NCBI GenBank assembly: GCA_043742385.1 | Contig: JAYTZE010000602.1 | Span: forward strand, 1-26,263 | Length of the DNA stretch: 26,263 bases | Direction of reading: 5' to 3' | Source of the DNA: Ilumatobacteraceae bacterium | GTDB lineage: Bacteria; Actinomycetota; Acidimicrobiia; Acidimicrobiales; Ilumatobacteraceae | Part shown: one piece after another, positions 19,125 through 26,263 of the stretch | How the letters are laid out: each line of letters starts with the position of its first letter | Numbering within the stretch: the first letter of the stretch is position 1 | The notes under the pieces: model-generated | Told to the model about the DNA's origin: nothing | Seen by the model: only the letters and a program-made list of their open reading frames with translations | Database searches by the model: none | Translations under genes and position numbers: made by a program

Positions 19125-19789
19125 GGCGTCATCGGCGTCCTCGCGTGCAGCGACTCGCTCGCCGCGCTCGATGATGGTGACCGCAGAGCCGAAGCGGGCG
19201 AACAGCTGCCCCAGTTCGAGGCCGATGTAGCTGCCGCCGAGGATCACGAGGTGGGCCGGGCCCTCGTCGAGATGAAGCACGCGGTCATTGTCGAGCCATG
19301 CGACGTCGTCGAGCCCGGGGATCGGTGGCTTTGTGGCACGGGTGCCGACGTTGAGGAACACGTTGGCGGCGGTCAGGGTGCGATCCCCGACAGCGACCGC
19401 GAATGTCGAATCGGAACGACCGGCGAATCGGGCTGCGCCGTACAACAACGTCAACCCGTCGGTGTGGCCGAGAGATTCGGCATACCCGTCGACCCAGCCG
19501 TCGATCAAATTGTCCTTGCGAGCCATCACAGCGGCAAAGTCAACGCTGACGCGCCGGTGTTCACGCCATGACGCCCGGCGGTTCGCGCGAGGTGAGCCAC
19601 TCTGGCGGATGCCCACAGTGCCTTGGTCGGGCGGCAACCCCGGTTCAGGCAGGTACCGCCCACTTTGTCGGCCTCGATCAAGGCGACCTGCTGGCCTGCG
19701 GCCACGAGGTGGCCGGCGATGCCGGGACCGGCCTGACCGGCTCCGATCACGATGGAGTCGAACGAGAACGCGTCGGTCATGTCGCTCAT
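19125..19789 (-). pseudogene. Class I pyridine nucleotide-disulfide oxidoreductase (LpdA/MerA/RclA-like), frameshifted and 3'-truncated
   Basis: IVIGAGQAG and GGTCLNRGCRPTK, then a frameshift at about 19551-19552 (GVNTG|VSVDFAAVMARK). Continues with LNVGTR and ILGGSYIGLE; similarity ends at AREDAD (about 19125). The C-terminal half is missing. Confidence 0.85.
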
Positions 19790-19889
19790 CGTTGCACCCG
19801 GCAGCCTCACGCTACGGCAACGAGTTCGGCTACGGCGTGGGCCCCACCCTCGACGGCCTCGAGGCGGCTGCGACGTAGGATGAACCGCC

Positions 19890-21131
19890 GTGACCACGGC
19901 ACCTTCGCTGGACTCTCCGCGCACTGGACACTCTGCTGCCGCTGTAGCCGCGCTGTTCTTCGTGAACGGTGCGACGTTCTCGAACTGGTTGCCACGCATT
20001 CCGGAGATTCGCGACGAGCTCGGCCTGGGCAATGCCGGCCTCGGCGCCACCCTGCTGGGCGGAGGCCTGGGCGGGATCATCGGCGCCCTCGTGGTCGGGC
20101 GGCTGATCGACCGCCTCGGCAGCCGTCGGCTGCTGACCATCGTGGCCACCACGTTGTCGATCGGCATGCCACTCATCGCCTTTGCACCAACCGCAGTGGT
20201 GCTGCTCGTACTGCTCACCACCTTGGGCGTGATGGATGTGTGCAACGACGTGGCGATGAACGCCCAAGGTGTGATGGTGCAGCAACGGCTTGGTCGCTCG
20301 ATCATGAACAGGCTGCACGCCATGTGGAGTCTTGGCTTTACGGGCGGTGCTCTGGTCGGATCGGCTGCGTCGGCAGTTGGCGCCAGCGTGCGCGCCCAGC
20401 TGCTCGTGGTTGGAGCGGTCATGTTCATCACGGTCGTTGTGGTTCGGCGATGGCTGATCCCGGTCGACCCTCCGCCGAACGCCCCTGTGCACACCGACGA
20501 TGCGGCGACTGCACGGCCAAAGCGGTTCTCCGCCGTCACGGTCCTCATGGGCCTGGCCGCGCTCGGTGCAGTCGCGTTAGAGGTGATGCCCAACGACTGG
20601 GCGGCAGTCCTCATGCGCGACGAGTTCGACTTCGGTCGAGCCAGCGGCTTCGGCACGATGGCCTGTGCTGGCGCGATGCTCATCGGCCGTCTCGGCGGCG
20701 ACCACGTGCTCGACCGGATTGGTGAGCAGCGGCTGTTCACATGGGCCGTCACCCTGGTCGGCACTGGGACACTCGTCGCGGTGATAGCACCCGTGGGTGC
20801 GGTGGCGTTGGTGGGCCTTGCGGTGTGGGGCCTCGGCCTGTCGGTGGTGTTCCCGCAGCTCTACGCAACGGCGGCCCGCCTCCCCGGCGTATCGGCCGGT
20901 GCGGGCCTTGGCTCAATGCTCCTCGGCCAACGCCTCGGCGCGATGCTTACCGCTGTCAGCGTGGGCGCCCTCGCTCAGTGGCGCGACCTGCGTGTTGCGT
21001 TCGCTGTCGTGGCGGGGCTGGCCTTCGTCATGTTGGTCGTCACCTCGCGCCGCATGATGGCTGCCAGCAGCGTGACAAGCCATTGGCGACCATCGACCAG
21101 CTCGCCGCGTTCCTCGGGGCACTCCGTGTAG
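19890..21131 (+). CDS. MFS transporter (YbjJ-like), 413 aa
   Basis: About 12 TM segments; FFVNGATFSNWLPRIP and motif A GRLIDRLGSRR. TAGGAT lies 8 nt upstream of the GTG. Confidence 0.9.
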   Translation: MTTAPSLDSPRTGHSAAAVAALFFVNGATFSNWLPRIPEIRDELGLGNAGLGATLLGGGLGGIIGALVVGRLIDRLGSRRLLTIVATTLSIGMPLIAFAPTAVVLLVLLTTLGVMDVCNDVAMNAQGVMVQQRLGRSIMNRLHAMWSLGFTGGALVGSAASAVGASVRAQLLVVGAVMFITVVVVRRWLIPVDPPPNAPVHTDDAATARPKRFSAVTVLMGLAALGAVALEVMPNDWAAVLMRDEFDFGRASGFGTMACAGAMLIGRLGGDHVLDRIGEQRLFTWAVTLVGTGTLVAVIAPVGAVALVGLAVWGLGLSVVFPQLYATAARLPGVSAGAGLGSMLLGQRLGAMLTAVSVGALAQWRDLRVAFAVVAGLAFVMLVVTSRRMMAASSVTSHWRPSTSSPRSSGHSV

Positions 21132-21149
21132 CCACTATCGGGCGAGCGT

Positions 21150-22802
21150 CTAGATCGAACGAACGATTCCGGCGCCGGCGTCGACTTCCACGAGGGCGCC
21201 ATCGAGGATGTGGACGGTCGCACCCCTGGCGCCGATCACCGCCGGCAACCCAAACTCGCGGGCAACGATCGCCGCGTGGCACAGCGGGCCGCCTTCTTCG
21301 ACGACGAGAGCGCCAAGGATTGGCAGGATCGAGTTGAGCGACGGGCCGATGAACCTGGCGACGAGTACATCGCCCGGCTCGAGTCGTTCGAATGCGTCTG
21401 CCGCGCCCGTAATGATACGCGCCCGGCCACGGTAACTCTGGTCGCCGATTCCGACGCCGTGGAGAATCTCGGACTCGGGTGGCGTCGCGTCCGCGACGAG
21501 GTTGGCCATCAACGCTGCGGTTGCGCGTGCCATCGCGGGCGGCAGCGCGTCGAGCGGAGGCGGCGCCTCGGGTTCGCCGAGCATTCGCGGCGGAGGCATG
21601 GCTTCGATCCGATCTCGCGTCGCAGCCCGCTCCGCAAGCTGTTCGGCGCTTGGCCCGGGTCGATGCGCCAGCAGGCCGGCGAGTTCATCAGGGGTGAGTT
21701 CGGCAACATGTTCAACGTCCATCAGTGCACCATTCGCGACCAGGCGTCGGCCCGCTTCGAGCAGTGCTCGTCGCACCAGCCCGCCCGGCCAGTTCCAACA
21801 GATTCCGCGGATGTCTTCGCGTTGACGATTGCCGTACCGGGCTTCCACGAGTAGCTCGTCGAACAGTTCCCGCTTGTCGGCGGGGACCCTTGATCTCACA
21901 ACCGCATGCTCGGAAGGGGATGCGTCTGCAATGTCGTGGTTACCGGCTGCGAGGAGTGCGGCGAGTTGCAGCGCGGGGATCTCGGCGAGGGTTGGACGGT
22001 CGATGTCGTCGCTCGTCACAGTTCGCCACGCATGGAGCTCAACCCACAAATCAACAGCGGCACGCGCTTCGGTGCTCAACGCGCGCACGTCGTCGACCGA
22101 GGTCGGCTTCGTATCGCTCCCACGCACGGCGCGAGCGATCGGGCTGAGCAGCTGGGCGGTCTCGACGGTTGCGGGCGAACTGCCGCGCAGCAGGGCTGCT
22201 GCCTCGCCGGGATCGATACCCCAGTCCACACAGTGGGCCAGCAGGTCGCCAACCGGCATCAGATCGCCCCCATGGGTCTCCATGTTTCGCCGCGCCTGCG
22301 CCTCGAAGTGAGCCAAGACCTCGAAGACATATGACGCGAGTTGAACGTTGTCGAGGGTCGAGCAGTCGACGGCCTGGAATGCCAGGTTCTGTGAGACGAC
22401 CTCGGCTCGGTCGTGGTCGAACCACTGATCGACCTCGGATCGCCACCTGCGTTCCCTCCACGCCTGTGCGGCCGTACGGGCGCGTCGACGCATCTCCGGA
22501 TGCAGACGAACCAACAACTTCATGAGGATCTTGGGCGGCGTCGGCATGGGCTTGGCCCCCTCACCCACGCCCGTGGGTCGGATGTACATGCATCCGTTCA
22601 CGAGCTCGGCGCGGACCCCGGCCAGCGGCAGCCCCCAGCGCTCGGCGAGCACGATCGTGCCGGCCTCGAACGCCCGCTTGTATGCGTCTCGCAGGAAGCG
22701 AGACAACGGCCGCAACCCGTGGTGCGTGGTCTCCAACTCCCACATCCCATGCGAGGGAGGAGCAAATACCGTCGTTGGGGCCGATCGCGCCATGTTGGTC
22801 AT
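21150..22802 (-). CDS. PEP-utilizing enzyme mobile (phospho-His swivel) domain protein without an ATP-grasp domain, about 550 aa
   Basis: C-terminal GRARII..LEPGDVLV..GALVVEEGGPLCHAAIVAREFGLPAVIG..GALVEVDAGAG, preceded by a long helical region. The start was set from the promoter geometry. Confidence 0.85.
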   Translation of the reverse strand: MTNMARSAPTTVFAPPSHGMWELETTHHGLRPLSRFLRDAYKRAFEAGTIVLAERWGLPLAGVRAELVNGCMYIRPTGVGEGAKPMPTPPKILMKLLVRLHPEMRRRARTAAQAWRERRWRSEVDQWFDHDRAEVVSQNLAFQAVDCSTLDNVQLASYVFEVLAHFEAQARRNMETHGGDLMPVGDLLAHCVDWGIDPGEAAALLRGSSPATVETAQLLSPIARAVRGSDTKPTSVDDVRALSTEARAAVDLWVELHAWRTVTSDDIDRPTLAEIPALQLAALLAAGNHDIADASPSEHAVVRSRVPADKRELFDELLVEARYGNRQREDIRGICWNWPGGLVRRALLEAGRRLVANGALMDVEHVAELTPDELAGLLAHRPGPSAEQLAERAATRDRIEAMPPPRMLGEPEAPPPLDALPPAMARATAALMANLVADATPPESEILHGVGIGDQSYRGRARIITGAADAFERLEPGDVLVARFIGPSLNSILPILGALVVEEGGPLCHAAIVAREFGLPAVIGARGATVHILDGALVEVDAGAGIVRSI

Positions 22803-22838
22803 CCCGGGGATACTATGATGACAGTCAGCTGCCGTCAA
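22803..22838 (-). promoter_or_regulatory. Near-consensus sigmaA leaderless promoter with candidate TetR operator
   Basis: TTGACG (22838-22833), 17 nt, TAGTAT (22815-22810), 7 nt, ATG at 22802. The palindrome TGACAG-N7-CCGTCA (22819-22837, 5/6) spans the spacer and -35. The ORF-track 'TTG start' is actually this -35. Confidence 0.75.
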
Positions 22839-22901
22839 TACGGTAATCTGTCATTCCGGCTGTGATGTGACACAATGGTGGAAGGAGCCGAGCAACGAAC
22901 C

Positions 22902-23528
22902 ATGTCTGAGACCTCTTCTCGCCAGTATTCCTCACCGCTTCGGGAACGACACGCACAACAGACGCGTGACCTGATCCTCGACGCCGTCACCGAACTACTG
23001 GAGTTCCATCGCATCGACGAGGTCTCGACTCGTGAGATCGCGCAGTCAGCAGGCGTTTCAGAGCGAACTGTCTACCGACACTTCCCCGATCGCGACGCGC
23101 TCCTCACGGGCCTGACCGGCAGGCTGCTCCGCTTCTTGGGGCAGGGGCCGGACCCGATGCACTCTCGGATCGACACCATCGACGGCCTCAAGGCGGCCGC
23201 CGTTCAGCTGATGGCTGGACTGGAGAAGTTCCACGTCGCGGCCCGAGCAGAAGCCCTGTTCAACGCCGACCCGCGCCGCTTCTCGCCAGACACACGAGCA
23301 AACTCGATGCACTTCCCCGTCGTGATCGACGCAATTCTGCCGGAACTCGGTGACCGAGACCGCCTTCGTCTTACTGCGGTAATCCGGTGCCTGCTGTCGG
23401 CACAGGCCTGGCTCCGCATGCGCGAGGAATTCGGGGTCACAGGAGACGAATCAGGCCCCATCGTCGCCTGGGTGCTCGACGCCATCGTCAATGAAATACA
23501 CCGAGGCAACCCCCCACCGCAGGCGTGA
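22902..23528 (+). CDS. TetR/AcrR family transcriptional regulator, about 208 aa
   Basis: HTH TRDLILDAVTELL...VSTREIAQSAGVSERTVYRHFPDRDALL; divergent from the swivel-domain gene. Alternative start at 22875. Confidence 0.9.
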   Translation: MSETSSRQYSSPLRERHAQQTRDLILDAVTELLEFHRIDEVSTREIAQSAGVSERTVYRHFPDRDALLTGLTGRLLRFLGQGPDPMHSRIDTIDGLKAAAVQLMAGLEKFHVAARAEALFNADPRRFSPDTRANSMHFPVVIDAILPELGDRDRLRLTAVIRCLLSAQAWLRMREEFGVTGDESGPIVAWVLDAIVNEIHRGNPPPQA

Positions 23529-23564
23529 CGGTGGACCCAGCTACAAAGCGAATCGAACACGCTG

Positions 23565-23588
23565 GCGGAGCCACCCGAGTGACTCCGC
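23565..23588. terminator. Possible bidirectional hairpin terminator between tetR and sodC
   Basis: GCGGAG-C-CAC-CCGA-GTG-A-CTCCGC between convergent stop codons. Confidence 0.4.
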
Positions 23589-23609
23589 GCCGCGTGCGTC
23601 TCGTGGCGG

Positions 23610-24218
23610 TCACCGCGTGGTGATGACTCCGCACGCGATCCGGTCGCCGGAATTACCGGTCCTCGCGGTCGCCGCAGTCGCTGCAGGCGAGTTCGATGTG
23701 TACTGGGTTGCGCCTACACCGAGGGGCACGTTGCCGAAGTTGTCAGCACCCGCATGCAAGACGACGGCCTTGCCCTCGAGATCACTCGGGTTGATCTTGT
23801 CGATCCGGAAGCGAGTCTCGACGCTGCCGTCAGCATTGACGTACACGACCGGCATGTCACCGACATGATGTGAGTGAGTTTGCCCGGTCGGGTTGTAGTG
23901 ACCGTCGGCGGACACGAACCATGTCGATGGAGCGGCCGCTGGGTCGGCGATGCAACCTTCACCGTTCGTTTCGGTGATGACGTCGTTGGCGTGGATGTGG
24001 AAGCCGTGGAAGGCATCGACGCCGGGCGCCGCGGTGAGTCGAACCCGAACTTCGGTGTATCCGTCGTCGGTCTTGAACTCCACGGTGCCGACCTCGGTGC
24101 CGTCTACGGCGGCGAGGGTTGTCTTCGCCGACCGAGATCGGGCACCAGCGGTGGTGGCCGTGACGAGGCCGGCGACGAGCACAACCCCGCAAGCTACGCA
24201 AAGCAGTCTCTTGTCCAT
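23610..24218 (-). CDS. sodC: Exported Cu/Zn superoxide dismutase family protein, about 202 aa
   Basis: Signal peptide; HGFHIH, DGHYNP, THSHHVGDMP, VVLHAGADN and GNSGDRIACGVI. AAAGGAG RBS before the ATG at 24218. Confidence 0.9.
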   Translation of the reverse strand: MDKRLLCVACGVVLVAGLVTATTAGARSRSAKTTLAAVDGTEVGTVEFKTDDGYTEVRVRLTAAPGVDAFHGFHIHANDVITETNGEGCIADPAAAPSTWFVSADGHYNPTGQTHSHHVGDMPVVYVNADGSVETRFRIDKINPSDLEGKAVVLHAGADNFGNVPLGVGATQYTSNSPAATAATARTGNSGDRIACGVITTR

Positions 24219-24594
24219 GTGATGTCTCCTTTGACTTGGTATCCAGAACAGACGTTGTTCGACAGCCATTGGGTGACACCGACTCACAACTTGTGTCGTC
24301 AGCCATCGTGAGGACGTCGGTGCCCCGGCCGTCCCGACCGATGGTGTCCCAGAGAGTCGTGACGAGTGCCAGAACGATGCCGGTCGGACTCGAGATCACG
24401 ATCGGGCTCCACCAGGCAGCGAACATCGCGGCGCATGCCGGCAGGCAGACCAGTGCCAGACCTGACACCGGGCGTCGATAGCCTCAGCGTCAGTTCACAA
24501 AGTCACCGGCGCGCAGCCGAGCTGCTAACCGTGCCGCCATATCTGCTGCGTTGGGGAGGTTTCCACTGGTCGAGGCCGACCTCAGCGAGGCAAG

Positions 24595-25932
24595 TTGTCG
24601 GTCGAGGTCGATGCGCCCACCTTCGTCGAGCAAGGCGAGGCGATCAGCGATCCATTCGAGCACCGCGACTTCGCCCACAACACCGGCCCAGTCGTCGTGC
24701 GCGGCGTGAACACGGAGCTGTTGGGCATGAAGGTGGAATCGGTCGTACTCGACATTTCCGCGGCCAACGACGCACCTCGTGCGATCGCACCCCGCGGTGA
24801 CGACGATTCAATCGCCCAGATCACGACGACCGACGGCGACGTGATCGCGGCCACCGCCAACTTCGTCTCGCAGGCAGCGCTGCCCGGTCCACCGGGCGAC
24901 GCCACCCGCCAATTCCGCACGGCACATCTCATCGCTGGCGAGCCCGACTACCGGATTCTGTCGATGCGCACCGGTGATCACATCATCCACGTGGCGTCCC
25001 CCATCGACGACATCGACGAGAGCATCTCGGCCCTCCGCCTTGGACTCACCGGCGCCATCCCGATCGTCGCTGTCGTACTCGCCGCCCTGATCTGGTGGCT
25101 CGTGGGGCGCACCCTTCGTCCGGTCGAGGCGATCCGGCGCGAGGTGGCCACCATCTCCGGCCAGAACCTGCACCGCCGGGTCCCGGAGCACTCCAGCGGT
25201 GACGAGATCCAACGGCTCGCCCACACCATGAACGGCATGCTCGACCGTGTCGAACACTCTGCCATCAGCCAACAACGATTCGTCGCCGACGCCTCCCATG
25301 AACTCCGCAGCCCGCTCACCCGTATCCGCTCCGAACTCGAAGTCGATCTCGCCCACCCCGACACCGCCGACCTTCGGGCAACCCACCACAGCGTCCTCGA
25401 CGAAGCCGAACAGATGCAGCAACTGGTCGAAGACCTCCTCGTCCTCGCCCGAAACGACGCCGAGCCCACGGCTGGCACACCTCATGTTCCTGTCGATCTC
25501 GACGACATCGTTCTCCACGAGGTCCACCGCATAGGCGCCACCCTCGGCGTCCACATCGACACGACGTCAGTGTCGGCCGCGCAAGTCGAGGGCGACGCCC
25601 GCCAACTCGCCCGCGTCGTGCGAGACCTCCTCGACAACGCGACCCGGCACGCACACAGCACCGTCGAAGTGACCCTCGCCGAGCACGACGGCATCGCGTG
25701 TCTCACCATCGCCGACGACGGCCCCGGCATCCCGGCGGAGCATCACAACGATGTGTTCGACCGCTTCAGCCGGGTCGACGACGCACGAACCTCGGACGAC
25801 GGAGGCACCGGAGCCGGCCTCGCCATAGCCCGTTCCGTCGCGCACCACCATGGAGGTACTATCCGCATCGATGCCCACCACCATCCCGGCGCACGGTTCA
25901 TCGTCGAGATCCCAACCACTCACCCGAGCTGA
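24595..25932 (+). CDS. HAMP-domain sensor histidine kinase, apparently 5'-truncated and orphan
   Basis: One TM segment (IPIVAVVLAALIWWLV), HAMP, H-box FVADASHELRSPL, then DLLDNA, DDGPGI, VFDRF and GGTGAGLAI. The first ~30 codons look unrelated, the first TM helix is missing and no response regulator is adjacent. Confidence 0.8.
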   Translation: MSVEVDAPTFVEQGEAISDPFEHRDFAHNTGPVVVRGVNTELLGMKVESVVLDISAANDAPRAIAPRGDDDSIAQITTTDGDVIAATANFVSQAALPGPPGDATRQFRTAHLIAGEPDYRILSMRTGDHIIHVASPIDDIDESISALRLGLTGAIPIVAVVLAALIWWLVGRTLRPVEAIRREVATISGQNLHRRVPEHSSGDEIQRLAHTMNGMLDRVEHSAISQQRFVADASHELRSPLTRIRSELEVDLAHPDTADLRATHHSVLDEAEQMQQLVEDLLVLARNDAEPTAGTPHVPVDLDDIVLHEVHRIGATLGVHIDTTSVSAAQVEGDARQLARVVRDLLDNATRHAHSTVEVTLAEHDGIACLTIADDGPGIPAEHHNDVFDRFSRVDDARTSDDGGTGAGLAIARSVAHHHGGTIRIDAHHHPGARFIVEIPTTHPS

Positions 25933-25934
25933 CG

Positions 25935-26263
25935 GTGCGGGCTAGAGCAATTCTCGTCGCCTGTTGGCTGCTGGGGAGTTGCAGCGACGATCAGTCCGTA
26001 CCCGCAGCAACCGAGTCGACTTCGACAAGCGGTGGTCCACGATTCATCGCTGCAGCGCCGTCTGGAACGATCCTGTTCAGCTCCAATCGACACGCGCCCG
26101 AACCGCCGACGGACGCCGACACCGAGCCGCCTGACTTCGAGCTGTTCGTCGTCAACTCCGATGGCACCGGTCTGGCCCAGATCACAGACGGCCCCGGCGC
26201 GCTCCTCGAGCCACGGTGGTCGCCGGACGGCAACACCATTGCGTTCGTGTGGACACAAGACGG
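25935..26263 (+). CDS. TolB-like / PD40-repeat lipoprotein (partial, runs off the window)
   Basis: MRARAILVACWLLGS-C lipobox; ILFSSNR; ELFVVNSDGTGLAQIT..EPRWSPDGNTIAF repeat. Missing from the ORF track because it has no stop codon in the window. Confidence 0.85.
   Translation, partial: MRARAILVACWLLGSCSDDQSVPAATESTSTSGGPRFIAAAPSGTILFSSNRHAPEPPTDADTEPPDFELFVVNSDGTGLAQITDGPGALLEPRWSPDGNTIAFVWTQD

Noticed and set aside
19125-19789. Mercuric reductase (merA) call
   Set aside because: No mer genes are nearby, and the C-terminal Cys-Cys region needed for the call is absent. The subfamily cannot be assigned.
19526-20764. 412-aa minus-strand ORF
   Set aside because: It is chimeric: an antisense shadow of the MFS gene running into the real N-terminus of the oxidoreductase pseudogene (from 19789).
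21150-22802. Rifampicin phosphotransferase (rph) or PEP synthase call
   Set aside because: The N-terminal ATP-grasp domain is missing, as is the PEP synthase C-terminal TIM barrel.
24300-24680. Minus-strand ORFs 24490-24678 (ADRLALLDEGGRI, ABC-ATPase-tail-like) and 23959-24468 (hydrophobic)
   Set aside because: Too short and motif-poor to call. Possibly gene debris.

Overview
This is high-GC actinobacterial DNA. Gene style and TANNNT leaderless promoters suggest an Acidimicrobiia/Ilumatobacter-like organism, which is an inference. The left part (about 1.2-7.5 kb) looks like a decayed accessory or integration hotspot. It has three different type II toxin-antitoxin modules (vapBC; RelE/BrnT-like toxin plus RHH antitoxin; a second vapBC), an orphan 25-nt tmRNA-type 3' end (att-like scar) with a degenerate copy 1.7 kb upstream, two related 11-7-11 palindromes bracketing two of the TA modules, and several gene fragments. 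The right part has an isochorismatase, a duplicated ABM-like protein, two large lipoproteins (one with a ZU5-like region ending in an HFS autoproteolysis-type motif), furA-katG, a methyltransferase and an acyl-CoA transferase preceded by a coupled leaderless 39-aa ORF. It continues with a HAD phosphatase, a hemolysin III family protein, a frameshifted disulfide-oxidoreductase pseudogene, an MFS transporter, a phospho-His swivel-domain protein lacking the ATP-grasp domain with a divergent TetR, sodC, an N-terminally damaged orphan histidine kinase and the start of a TolB-like lipoprotein. No integrase, transposase, rRNA, intact tRNA/tmRNA or CRISPR array was seen. All family calls come from motif recognition; no database search was run.
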